64,000 nucleotides of DNA from NCBI GenBank assembly GCA_965217845.1, contig OZ244573.1, positions 688,806 to 752,805 of the forward strand, written 5' to 3'. Under the pieces are notes generated by a model. That model saw only the letters and a list, made by a program, of their open reading frames with translations. It was not told the DNA's origin and did not search any database. The DNA is from Chloroflexota bacterium. GTDB lineage: Bacteria > Chloroflexota > UBA11872 > VXNJ01. Positions 32,506 through 41,349 of this stretch are shown here, in pieces (position 1 is the first letter of the stretch; the number at the start of each line of letters is the position of its first letter). The translations under genes and the position numbers were made by a program.

Positions 32506-32854
32506 CGAACAGCGCCTGGGCGATGCGCTCCCCGCGTTCGACCACGATTTCCTGGTCGGTCGGGTTATAGACCAGCGTCTTGAGTTCGTCTTCCGGCCCC
32601 GAGTAGTCGGAGTCGACGATGCCGACTCCGTGCGGCGATATCAAGCCTTTGCGGATGGGGGTCGACGAACGCAGCGCCACCAGCAGCGCATAGCCGGCGG
32701 GCAAGTCGACGATCACATTGGCCGGAATCAGGGCGGTCCCGCCGGGAGCAACCACCACCCGGATGCGTGCGTAGAGATCAAAGCCGGCTGCACCCGGCGT
32801 CTGGTAGGCGGGCAGCGGCAAATCGCGATCGATCCGCTGCAGTTTCAGTCGCAT
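32423..32854 (-). CDS. dut: dUTP diphosphatase
   Basis: 143 aa from ATG 32854 with dUTPase motifs (AGFDLYA, GVGIVDSDYSGP, RIAQALF, TRGGFGSTG). The N-terminal part of the 305-aa track ORF is non-coding read-through. Confidence 0.85.
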   Translation of the reverse strand: MRLKLQRIDRDLPLPAYQTPGAAGFDLYARIRVVVAPGGTALIPANVIVDLPAGYALLVALRSSTPIRKGLISPHGVGIVDSDYSGPEDELKTLVYNPTDQEIVVERGERIAQALFVAAGQAELVEADAIAAPTRGGFGSTGS

Positions 32855-32883
32855 CCGGGTTTGAAATCCGCCGGCCGGCGTAA

Positions 32884-33288
32884 CTAGCGGCCGCTGAGGA
32901 CGTTCCACCACGCCGCCAGGTTCTGGAACGGCGAGGGTTGCGCGGTCGAGACCGGCAACGGCGCTGCGGGTGATGGCGCACTCGCAAGCGTCGGCGCCGG
33001 TCGCGGCAACCCGGTCAGTACCAGCTGCTGTTCGCCGGGTTCGGCCAGGCCCAGTTCGCGCTTGGCGACTTCGATCACGTAGCCGTCCGACTGACGGTAG
33101 GCGAGCAGCTCCTGCAGGGTCCGGACCTCGCGCTCGGCGGCATCGATTTCCCGGTGCAACTGCTGAATCCGCAGCCCGGTGCCGACGATCTCGGGTTGGG
33201 CGTGAATCTGCTTGTACACCAGCCCCAGGGAGCCCAGGAATAGGGCGATCGCCAGTACCCTTACCCCGATGTGGGCCAGTCGCGACAT
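32884..33288 (-). CDS. FtsB/DivIC-like septum formation initiator
   Basis: 134 aa from ATG 33288. It has a single N-terminal TM helix, a coiled-coil (LRIQQLHREIDAAEREVRTLQELLA) and a Pro-rich tail. Confidence 0.65.
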   Translation of the reverse strand: MSRLAHIGVRVLAIALFLGSLGLVYKQIHAQPEIVGTGLRIQQLHREIDAAEREVRTLQELLAYRQSDGYVIEVAKRELGLAEPGEQQLVLTGLPRPAPTLASAPSPAAPLPVSTAQPSPFQNLAAWWNVLSGR

Positions 33289-33481
33289 GTCCGGGCCAGT
33301 TGCATATGGGACTAAGCGTCGGTCCGCCGCACCCGCGCACCGGCCGACGCCGCGAACCCTTGAAGACCCATTATCGTAGCCGCTTCCAGGGGGTTTGCCG
33401 ACAGCCGAAAATCTCTCTGGCTCCAACCCGTTCCAGAACCAGCCGGTGCGTTCCGGCTCCTATCCGATAGAGCTGCTCCCG

Positions 33482-34627
33482 ATGTCGACCCCGACCGCAA
33501 TCTGCTCGCCTCGTCCCCGCGTGGCGGTGGCGATGAGCGGCGGCGTCGACAGTTCGGTGGTGGCGGCGCTGCTGGCGGCGGCCGGGTTCTCGGTGGTCGG
33601 GTTCACGGTCGACATCTGGCCCGAGCAGGACGCCGACCCAGGTGAGCGCAACTGCTGTTCGCCCGAGGCCACCGCGACCGCGCGCGCCGTCTGCCGCCAG
33701 ATCGGGGCGGACCACGTCCACATCGACATGCGCGAACAGTTCCGCGGCCAGGTCGTGGATCGGTTCGCCGCCGGGTACGCGCAGGGCTTTACCCCGAACC
33801 CCTGTATCGATTGCAACCACTTCATAAAGTTCGACGCCATTTTCCCGGCGCTGGAGGAACTGGGCGCCGACCTGGTGGCCACCGGGCACTATGCCCGCAC
33901 CGCTTGCGACCCCACCAGCGGACGGCGGCAGCTGCTTACGGCGGCCGACTCGACCAAGGACCAGTCATACGTCCTGTACGTGCTTTCCCAGGAGCGGCTT
34001 GCGCGCCTGCTGCTGCCGCTCGGATCGCTGTCCAAGCACCAGGTGCGCCAGCAGGCGCGGGAACTGGGATTGCCCAATGCCGATCGGCCCGACAGCGTCG
34101 ACATCTGCTTCGTGGCCGGCGACTACCGCGATTTCTTAAGCGCCCGCGGCAACGGCACCGGCGCACCCGGCCCGATGCTCTTGACCGACGGTGCCGTGAT
34201 CGGAGAACACCGCGGAATCTCGGCCTACACCGTCGGGCAGCGTCGCGGCCTGGGGGTATCGGCGGCATCGCCCCTCTACGTGGCCCGGATCGACCCGGAA
34301 CACAACGCGGTCGTGCTCGGGCGGCGCGAGGAGCTGCTGCGGTCCGAGTTCGGGGTCGAGGACTTCAATCCGGTCTCGCGGCCGGTGCTGGGGCCCGGCC
34401 TGGAGGCGGGAGTTCGGGTGCGCTCCAGCGCCCGCCCGCTGCCCTGCCGGCTTTACCCGCGGGGCGGAGGGCGGCTGCGGGTTGAGATGGGGGAGCCGGT
34501 CTGGGGGTTGGCGCCCGGGCAGGCGGCGGTGTTCTACGACGGTCCGCTGCTGCTGGGCGGCGGGACGATCACCGCCGGGGCGCCGGCGCCGCAATCATCG
34601 GCGCAACCCGCGCTGGCCGTTACCTAA
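33482..34627 (+). CDS. mnmA: tRNA-specific 2-thiouridylase MnmA
   Basis: PP-loop VAVAMSGGVDSSV, catalytic Cys region PNPCIDCN, and C-terminal MnmA beta-barrel. The start is assigned at ATG 33482 rather than the longer upstream ORF. Confidence 0.9.
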   Translation: MSTPTAICSPRPRVAVAMSGGVDSSVVAALLAAAGFSVVGFTVDIWPEQDADPGERNCCSPEATATARAVCRQIGADHVHIDMREQFRGQVVDRFAAGYAQGFTPNPCIDCNHFIKFDAIFPALEELGADLVATGHYARTACDPTSGRRQLLTAADSTKDQSYVLYVLSQERLARLLLPLGSLSKHQVRQQARELGLPNADRPDSVDICFVAGDYRDFLSARGNGTGAPGPMLLTDGAVIGEHRGISAYTVGQRRGLGVSAASPLYVARIDPEHNAVVLGRREELLRSEFGVEDFNPVSRPVLGPGLEAGVRVRSSARPLPCRLYPRGGGRLRVEMGEPVWGLAPGQAAVFYDGPLLLGGGTITAGAPAPQSSAQPALAVT

Positions 34628-35580
34628 GAGATCTCCCCGGGGGCGTCGCCGGGATCGACCGCCGCCATACGGCGCCGGCGCAGATAGGCCACCAGCAACG
34701 CCAGGGCAATTGGCGGCAGCAGCCACCACGAGAAGGCGATAACCGCCAGCGACCATTCCAGGATCGCCTCCAGGAACTGCCAGGAGGCCTCCCAGCCTTC
34801 GCGGGCCGCATCCAGCGGGCCGCGCACGTCATCCTCGTCGAGCCCGACCGCGCGCTGGATGTCAACGTTCAAGGTCGCCAGATCGACCAGCGATGAGAGC
34901 GCCGCCAGCTGGGCCTCGATGCGCTCGATCTCGCCGCGGGTGTTGCTGAGGCGGTCGGTGACCAGCAACACTTCCTCGACCTGTTGAGCCTGAACCAACA
35001 GCCTCAGGTATTGCTGTTCGGTGGCACGCAGGTTGCGCAGGCGGGCCTCAAAGTCGGCCACCTGCATGGTCACGTCCTGCGAACTGGTGTCCTCGGATAG
35101 CACCGTCTTGGCCAGCTCGGCCACTCTGGCGCGGGCCGATTCGAAACGATCGGCGGGAATCCGCAGCCGCAGATAGGCGCCCTCTGGCCGGGCGATTCTT
35201 CCGGCCCCGTCGCGGGGACTGGCGTAGACCGAGGATTCGGCCACAAACCCGCCGCTGGCGCGGGCGATGTCGCCGACCCGGGCAAACGCCCCGGCGACGT
35301 CCTCGACCTCGATATTGATCCGGCCTTCACGGATGATCTGGCGGCCCAGGGCGCCGGGAGCAACGTCGCCGGCCTCAAGCTTGGTCGCGGCGAACTCGCT
35401 CTCGACCTGGACAAAGTCGGCCGCGGCCATTGGCATCGAATCCGGGCCGGATTCGTCGAATTGCAGAGGCCCGCATGCCGCCAGCGCCATTGCTGCCAGC
35501 AGGACCGCGCCAAGCAGCGCCAGCAACCGTATCCGGGTCACCGACGTGAACCCGCCGGGGCACCGCCGCGCCTTATCCAT
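34624..35580 (-). CDS. DUF4349-family lipoprotein/membrane-anchored protein
   Basis: The product begins at Met-137 of the track ORF (ATG 35580, overlapping the upstream stop as ATGGATAA). It has a signal plus lipobox (AACG), a long coiled-coil, and a C-terminal TM anchor. Confidence 0.65.
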   Translation of the reverse strand: MDKARRCPGGFTSVTRIRLLALLGAVLLAAMALAACGPLQFDESGPDSMPMAAADFVQVESEFAATKLEAGDVAPGALGRQIIREGRINIEVEDVAGAFARVGDIARASGGFVAESSVYASPRDGAGRIARPEGAYLRLRIPADRFESARARVAELAKTVLSEDTSSQDVTMQVADFEARLRNLRATEQQYLRLLVQAQQVEEVLLVTDRLSNTRGEIERIEAQLAALSSLVDLATLNVDIQRAVGLDEDDVRGPLDAAREGWEASWQFLEAILEWSLAVIAFSWWLLPPIALALLVAYLRRRRMAAVDPGDAPGEIS

Positions 35581-36253
35581 CGCCGCCACGCCGGTATGCC
35601 AGCAGCGTCCTGATAGCCATCGGCCCGTCGCGCCAGACGGAGAGTTTTTTACCCTCCTGCCGCGGCTCGTAGCGGATTGGCAACTGGACGATCGCCTCGC
35701 CCGCAAGCAACAGCTTGGCGGTGATTTCAGCTTCAATTTCAAATCCGTCCGAGCGCAGTTCGAGGCCAAGCGCCAATTCGCGCTCGAGGAGCTTGTAGCA
35801 AGTCTCCATGTCCTTGAGGCTAGCCCCGTAGATCCGGTTGGCCACCCAGGTGACGAAACGGTTGCCCCAGCGCAGCAGCGGTCGCTGCCCGGAGAAATCG
35901 CGGTAACCGAACCCGACCCGGGCGCGGTCCTTTTCGACCCGCGCAAGCAGCCGCAGCAGATCTTCGGGGTGATATTCGAGGTCGGCATCCTGGATGGCCA
36001 CGTAGCGGCCGGAGGCGGCCTTTAGGGCCTTCCGCACCGCGGCGCCCTTGCCCTGGTTGCGGGGCGAGCGCAGCAGCCTGACCCGCGGGTCGGTAAGCGC
36101 TTCCAGGTATTGGAGGGATCCATCGTCGGAGGCATCGTCGACGAACACGAATTCGCAGTGGTCCGGCAGCGCCAGCAGCCGGTCGACCTGATGCGGCAGC
36201 TGTCGGGCCTCGTTGTAGACCGGGACCAGGATCGAGAGTTTTATCGGGGCCAT
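35573..36253 (-). CDS. GT2-family glycosyltransferase (dolichyl-phosphate sugar transferase-like)
   Basis: 226 aa with LSILVPVYNE, FVDDASDDGS and QDADLEY, typical of the DPM1-like GT2 fold. Confidence 0.8.
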   Translation of the reverse strand: MAPIKLSILVPVYNEARQLPHQVDRLLALPDHCEFVFVDDASDDGSLQYLEALTDPRVRLLRSPRNQGKGAAVRKALKAASGRYVAIQDADLEYHPEDLLRLLARVEKDRARVGFGYRDFSGQRPLLRWGNRFVTWVANRIYGASLKDMETCYKLLERELALGLELRSDGFEIEAEITAKLLLAGEAIVQLPIRYEPRQEGKKLSVWRDGPMAIRTLLAYRRGGDG

Positions 36254-36939
36254 GTTCGCAGTCGCCGGTAGAAGCGCAACAGGTCGAGAAAAGAGCGGGC
36301 CACGACCAGCGGATTGAGGCCGGATTGACGGCCGGCCCGGCGCGGGTGGTGCTTGAGCCCGACCTCGGCCACCGCGGCGCCGAGCTTGGTCGCCTTGGCC
36401 AGAATCTCCGCCGACACGAAGCCGCCCTCGCTTTCAAGTTCCAGGGAGCGCACGAATTCGGTCCTGAAAAGTTTGAAACCACAGTCCAGGTCGCGCGCGG
36501 AAAACCCCAGCAGCGCCCCGGCCAGGGCGGCCCAGGCGCGCGAGGGCAGCGCCCGCGCGGCGCCCTCGGCGCGGTGCCGGCGAAAGCCTATCACCATTTC
36601 GTTGCCCTCGATGCGATTTAGGAGTTTTAAAAGGTCTGCGGGATCGAACTGCCGGTCGCCGTCACAGAACCCGACCAGCCGGCCGCGGGCGGTTTCGATT
36701 CCGGTGATTAAGGCCGCCCCGTAGCCGCGGTTGACCTGATGCGACACCAGCCGCACCCGCGGATCGGCGCACAACCTGCGGGCGCGTTCGGCCGTGGCGT
36801 CGCGCGAACCATCGTCGACCAGAATCAACTCCCAGTCGCGTCCGCTGGACTCGAGTGCGGCTATCGCCCGCTCGGCGACCGCCTGCACATTGGCTTCCTC
36901 GTTGTGGAGCGGCAGGAAAAAACTCAGCTCGATAGCCAC
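36241..36939 (-). CDS. GT2-family glycosyltransferase (second, tandem)
   Basis: 232 aa with LSFFLPLHNE, LVDDGSRD and CDGD. Its stop overlaps the downstream GT2 start. Confidence 0.8.
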   Translation of the reverse strand: MAIELSFFLPLHNEEANVQAVAERAIAALESSGRDWELILVDDGSRDATAERARRLCADPRVRLVSHQVNRGYGAALITGIETARGRLVGFCDGDRQFDPADLLKLLNRIEGNEMVIGFRRHRAEGAARALPSRAWAALAGALLGFSARDLDCGFKLFRTEFVRSLELESEGGFVSAEILAKATKLGAAVAEVGLKHHPRRAGRQSGLNPLVVARSFLDLLRFYRRLRTWPR

Positions 36940-37062
36940 GGTTTGGAACCCCCGTTCTTTACCGCGGCGGCGCGCAGATCCGGCCCGGATTATCGGCCAA
37001 TCTGCGGCCCCCGCATGATAATGGCTGACCGATTGCTTGGTGCTCGCTGCCGAAGGGGCTAA

Positions 37063-38181
37063 ATGGAACCGTCACCACGCCTGCTGATTCCGGGACCGAT
37101 CGACCTGGACGAGCGTGTGCTGGCGGCCCTGTCCGAGCCGGTCATCCCGCACTACGGACCCGATTGGGTGCCGCTTTACCGGCGCCTCCAGGGGGGCGTG
37201 CGACCGCACGCCGGCACCACCGGAAACGTCTTCCTGCTGGCCGCCTCCGGCACCGGCGCACTGGATGCTGGAGTGCAATCGCTGACCGCCCGCGGCGACC
37301 GCGTGCTGGTCCCGGTGAGCGGCTACTTTTCGCAACGCTTCTACGAGATCGCCCTGGGCCACGGCTTGAATGTGCGCAGGCTGGATATCGAACCGGGCGC
37401 GGCGCCGACCCCCGATGCGATCGCCGCCGCGATCGATGCGCTTGAGATCAAGACCCTGCTGCTTTGCCACAACGAGACCTCCTGCGGGACGATTTGCGAC
37501 CTGGAGGCCATTTGCCGGGTATGCGGCGGCCGCGGTGTCAACATCCTGCTCGATGCCATCTCCTCGCTGGGCGCGGTCGATATCCGGATGGACGACTGGG
37601 GCATCGACTACGTGGCGGGAGCCTCGCAGAAAGCGCTCGAGGGCCCGCCCGGTCTGGCGCCAGCGATCATCTCGCCGCGCGGCTGGGAGACCTACGATCG
37701 CAACGCCGGCCGTTCCGCCGGCTGGTACTTTGATTTCGGCGTCTGGCGCGAGTTCGAACGCCTCCAAGCCGATTACCACCCGCAACCGGCTACGATGCCG
37801 GTCAACGTCGCCCGCGCCCTCGACGTTGCGATCTCGCTGCAGTCGGGCGAGAGCCGCGCCGAACGCTACCACCGGATCGCCGCCGGGGCCAGGGCGGTGC
37901 GATCGGGGCTGCGCGATCTTGGGTTCAAGATCCTGGCCCCCGAATCGATCGCCTCACCGACCGTGACCTGCGCCTACGTGCCAACCGAACTGGAAGGGCG
38001 GGTGGACGAACTGCTGGGGTGGATGCGCCAGGAGTGTGGATTCGTCCTGGCCGAAGGATTTGGGCCGCTGCGGGGCCGGATCATCCGCATCGGCCACATG
38101 TCGCGCCTGGTTTTTGAGAGTTACATCCCCGAGTTCCTCGGTGAGCTCGAGCGTTACCTGCGCCGCGCCCGGGCCGCCTGA
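37063..38181 (+). CDS. class V PLP-dependent aminotransferase (serine-pyruvate / alanine-glyoxylate or AEP transaminase-like)
   Basis: 372 aa. N-terminal LIPGPIDLDERVLAAL and a Lys-containing PLP region (SQKALEGPPG) are typical of AGT family I/class V enzymes. Confidence 0.85.
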   Translation: MEPSPRLLIPGPIDLDERVLAALSEPVIPHYGPDWVPLYRRLQGGVRPHAGTTGNVFLLAASGTGALDAGVQSLTARGDRVLVPVSGYFSQRFYEIALGHGLNVRRLDIEPGAAPTPDAIAAAIDALEIKTLLLCHNETSCGTICDLEAICRVCGGRGVNILLDAISSLGAVDIRMDDWGIDYVAGASQKALEGPPGLAPAIISPRGWETYDRNAGRSAGWYFDFGVWREFERLQADYHPQPATMPVNVARALDVAISLQSGESRAERYHRIAAGARAVRSGLRDLGFKILAPESIASPTVTCAYVPTELEGRVDELLGWMRQECGFVLAEGFGPLRGRIIRIGHMSRLVFESYIPEFLGELERYLRRARAA

Positions 38182-38191
38182 CCGGAGAGGT

Positions 38192-39262
38192 TTAGAGATC
38201 GTCGAAGGGGTTGCCCGACGGTGGCTGCAGGTTCAGGCGCATGATCCGGGCCTCGGTGGCGGCATCGGTATTGGGGGCCAGTTCCTCCACCTTCTGCAGG
38301 TCGGCGATAGCTTCCTGGTTGCGGCCGAGCTGCTGGTAGATGTTGGCGCGGGTCAGATAGAGCAAGGGGATGTCGTCGCGGCCCTCAATGGCGCGGGTGT
38401 AACTCTCCAAGGCTGACTGGTAGTCCTGGCGCGATTCTTGGAGAAAGCCGCGCACGTAGTGGGCCTGGGCGTAGTTGCTGCTATCGGCGTACTCGACCGC
38501 CCGGTCTGAGGCCAGCGCCGCCGCCGCCGCGTCGCCGATCTCACCGGTCAGGTAGAAATTGACCGCCTGGACGTAGACCTCGGAGTCGGTCGAGTTCTCG
38601 TCGATGATCCGGCGCACCACCACCAGCGCGTCGTCGCGGCGACCGGCCGCGGCCAGCAGGTAGGCGCTTTCGAATTGGTCGAAGATCTGCTGTTCGCGCA
38701 GCTGCGCGAGAACGAGCGAAAGCGCCATCGCAAATACGACGCCGCAGACCACCAGCAGCACGGCCAGAAGGTTTTTGCCCTCGCCGCCGGCCCCAAAAGC
38801 CTGCAGGGTTGCTGCCGCCAGCAGCAGCGCCTGTCCCAAGGCCAACGGCCAGGGGGCCGAAAAAAAGACTGCTTCGAAGGTGAAAAGCGCCACCCCCAAC
38901 AGGCCACGCGCCACCAGATCCAGCTGACCGGGCAGGCGGTCGGGATGGCGCCGGATGGAGATCGCCAAATCGACCGCGATCAGGCCCGCGATCGACCAGC
39001 GGAAATCCTCGGTGAGCACCAGCGAGAGCACCAACCACAGGATGTCGGCGCCCAGCAGCATGAACTTGCCCAGCGCCAGCGAAATCCCGGCTTCGTCGTG
39101 CTCGTCCCGGATGCGCTGTTCCTCGGCCGTCGGCAATCGCAGCGAATCGGTATTGGGGTCCATCAGCGGCGGCAGGTCCCCGCCGCGCGGGTCCGAGCGC
39201 GAACCGCCGGCCGCAGATGTGGCCAGGACCGTCGGCAGGGGCGGTGCTAGATGGGCGGACAT
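38192..39262 (-). CDS. membrane protein with C-terminal tetratricopeptide repeats
   Basis: 356 aa with several TM helices followed by TPR-like repeats (AVNFYLTGEIGDAAAA ... ALESYTRAIEGRDDIP ... ANIYQQLGRNQEAIADL). Confidence 0.55.
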   Translation of the reverse strand: MSAHLAPPLPTVLATSAAGGSRSDPRGGDLPPLMDPNTDSLRLPTAEEQRIRDEHDEAGISLALGKFMLLGADILWLVLSLVLTEDFRWSIAGLIAVDLAISIRRHPDRLPGQLDLVARGLLGVALFTFEAVFFSAPWPLALGQALLLAAATLQAFGAGGEGKNLLAVLLVVCGVVFAMALSLVLAQLREQQIFDQFESAYLLAAAGRRDDALVVVRRIIDENSTDSEVYVQAVNFYLTGEIGDAAAAALASDRAVEYADSSNYAQAHYVRGFLQESRQDYQSALESYTRAIEGRDDIPLLYLTRANIYQQLGRNQEAIADLQKVEELAPNTDAATEARIMRLNLQPPSGNPFDDL

Positions 39263-39400
39263 TGGCTAAAGGGCGCTCGCTGGACCGGATCGGGCTGTGC
39301 GGCCGATTCTCGCAACCCAGAGTCGCGGAGTGGTGCGGCGGTCGCATCGCGACCGCATCCGCACCTATAATTTTTCGCAATTGAATAACGGTGGTTCCGG

Positions 39401-39527
39401 CTCTTATCCAGAGTGGTGGAGGGATTCGGCCCTTTGAAGCCCGGCAACCAGCGCGCTCGGTGACATGGTCCTTTAGAGCGTGGTCAGGTGCCAACTCCGG
39501 CGAGCTGCGAATTCGCAAGATAAGAGG
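39401..39527 (+). ncRNA. SAM-I riboswitch (S-box)
   Basis: Strong match to the S-box consensus: CUCUUAUCcAGAG-GGUGGAGGGA-GGCCC-UGAAGCCCGGCAACC...GGUGCCAA-UCC-GC...AGAUAAGAG, with P1 closed by 8 bp. It is preceded by TATAAT at 39366-39371 and followed by a ~225-nt leader containing a U6 tract (39571-39576). Confidence 0.8.
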
Positions 39528-39752
39528 ACACCACAACCATGTTCGATTCGGTAGAGATTTGCTTTTTTAGCCGCGGATACATGCCCGGCCCCCGCGACGG
39601 CGTACTCGGTCGCTCAAGCGGCGGACAGTCCCTGATGTAGAGCCCCGCGGCTTGGTGCGCCAACGGCCCTTCCGGCCCCGCGCACCGCAAGCCGCCTAAC
39701 CCCTCTGCAACCCCCTTACATCCATTCAGGACATCCCGAGAAATTAACTACC

Positions 39753-41006
39753 ATGGCCAATAAGGTACTTGGCCTCAAGTGCAAGAACTGTGCCGCGGTT
39801 TATCCGGCTGCCGCCCAGCATGTTTGCAATCTTTGCTTCGGACCACTTGAGGTCGTCTACGACTACGACGTCATCCGCGCCCGGATTAGCCGTGAGCGAA
39901 TCGCCGCCGGCCCCAACTCGCTTTGGCGCTATGCCGACCTGCTGCCCCTAGACAGCGGTTGGGAAAACAATGTGCGGGTCGGATTCACACCCCTGCAGCG
40001 CGCCGGCAAACTGGCCGACCGGCTGGGCTTGGGCGAACTCTGGCTCAAGAACGACAGCCTAAATCCCACCTTTTCCTTCAAGGATCGCCCGGTCACGGTG
40101 GCGCTGGCCAAGGCGCGCCAGCTGGGCTATGAGGTGTTCGCCTGCGCCTCGACCGGAAACCTGGCCTCGGCGGTCGCCGGCGCAGGAGCCCGCACCCCGC
40201 TGGACATCTACGTCTTTATGCCCTCGGATGTGGAGGCCGGCAAGGTCCTTAACGCCGCCGTGTACGGGGCCAATCTGATCGCCGTCGACGGCACCTACGA
40301 CCAGCTCAACCGGCTCTGCTCGGAGATCGCCGACGAGGAAGACTGGGCGTTCTGCAACATCAACATGCGGCCCTACTACGCCGAAGGGTCCAAGACCCTG
40401 GCCTTCGAGGTAGTCGAGCAGCTGGGCTGGCGGGCACCGGACCAGGTTGTGGTCCCAATCGCCTCCGGGGCCCTCTATACCGAAATTGCCAAGGGTTTCC
40501 GCGAACTGGTCGAAGTAGGCCTGCTGGCATCGCAGAACGTGGTCATCTCCGGCGCCCAGGCGGCCGGTTGCGCTCCGGTGGCCGACGCCTTTGCCAGCGG
40601 CGCGAGTGAGTTTGAGCCGGTCCGCAATCCGCGCACGCTGGCCAAGAGTCTGGCGATTGGCAATCCCGCCGATGGCAACTACTCGCTCGACGTCGCCCGC
40701 CGCACCGGTGGGGTGATTGAAAAAGTCAGCGACGCCGAGATCGTCGAGGCGATCAAGATCCTGGCCGCCGATGAGGGCATCTTTACCGAACCGGCCGGCG
40801 GGGTCACGGTGGCGACGCTGATCAAGCTGGCCGAGCGGGGCCAATTTGGCCGCGATGAGACGGTCGTGGCCTACATAACCGGCAACGGTCTCAAGACCCA
40901 GGAAGCGCTCGAAGGAATCGGCGTGGCCGATATGACCATAGCGCCAACGCTGGGGTCGTTTGAAGATGCCATCGCCGCCGCGGCAAACGCACCGGTGTTT
41001 GCCTGA
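39753..41006 (+). CDS. threonine synthase-like PLP enzyme with N-terminal zinc ribbon (MetM-like O-phosphohomoserine-dependent homocysteine synthase candidate)
   Basis: 417 aa with an N-terminal CxxC...CxxC ribbon and a fold-type II PLP Lys motif (FSFKDRP). It lies downstream of a SAM riboswitch and upstream of a MoaD-like GG protein. Confidence 0.75.
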   Translation: MANKVLGLKCKNCAAVYPAAAQHVCNLCFGPLEVVYDYDVIRARISRERIAAGPNSLWRYADLLPLDSGWENNVRVGFTPLQRAGKLADRLGLGELWLKNDSLNPTFSFKDRPVTVALAKARQLGYEVFACASTGNLASAVAGAGARTPLDIYVFMPSDVEAGKVLNAAVYGANLIAVDGTYDQLNRLCSEIADEEDWAFCNINMRPYYAEGSKTLAFEVVEQLGWRAPDQVVVPIASGALYTEIAKGFRELVEVGLLASQNVVISGAQAAGCAPVADAFASGASEFEPVRNPRTLAKSLAIGNPADGNYSLDVARRTGGVIEKVSDAEIVEAIKILAADEGIFTEPAGGVTVATLIKLAERGQFGRDETVVAYITGNGLKTQEALEGIGVADMTIAPTLGSFEDAIAAAANAPVFA

Positions 41007-41076
41007 GAATTTCTCATTGACAGCAATTCCCGATCTGACCCCAAACAAGACAGCAGCACCAAAGGAACAAGCCCAT

Positions 41077-41349
41077 ATGGCCACGGTGAGGATCCCGACC
41101 CCGCTGCGCGACCTGGTCGGCAACCAGCGCCGGATCGAGACCGACAGCGCCAGCGTGCGCGCGATGATCGACCAGATCGAATCGCAGCACCCCGGTTTCA
41201 AAGATCGCCTGCTGGGCTCCGACGGCGAGCTGTCGGCTTTCGTCCAGATATACGTCGGCGACGAGGACATCAGGTTCCTCTCCGGACTTGAGACCGAACT
41301 CGAATCCGGAACGCGGGTCTCGATCGTGCCGGCCGCGGCCGGCGGATGA
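41077..41349 (+). CDS. MoaD/ThiS-family sulfur carrier protein (C-terminal Gly-Gly; MetO/CysO-like)
   Basis: ATG 41077 gives 91 aa ending ...IVPAAAGG-stop, the beta-grasp sulfur carrier signature. The longer track ORF from 40960 overlaps the threonine-synthase-like gene. Confidence 0.75.
   Translation: MATVRIPTPLRDLVGNQRRIETDSASVRAMIDQIESQHPGFKDRLLGSDGELSAFVQIYVGDEDIRFLSGLETELESGTRVSIVPAAAGG

Noticed and set aside
32423-33340. 305-aa ORF treated as one gene
   Set aside because: Only the C-terminal 143 aa (from ATG 32854) are dUTPase. The N-terminal 160 aa overlap the FtsB-like gene region in another frame and have no coding signature.
34624-35988. 454-aa ORF treated as one gene
   Set aside because: The first 136 residues are Ser/Cys-rich read-through overlapping the GT2 gene. 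The DUF4349 protein starts at Met-137 (35580), where the ATG overlaps the GT2 stop.
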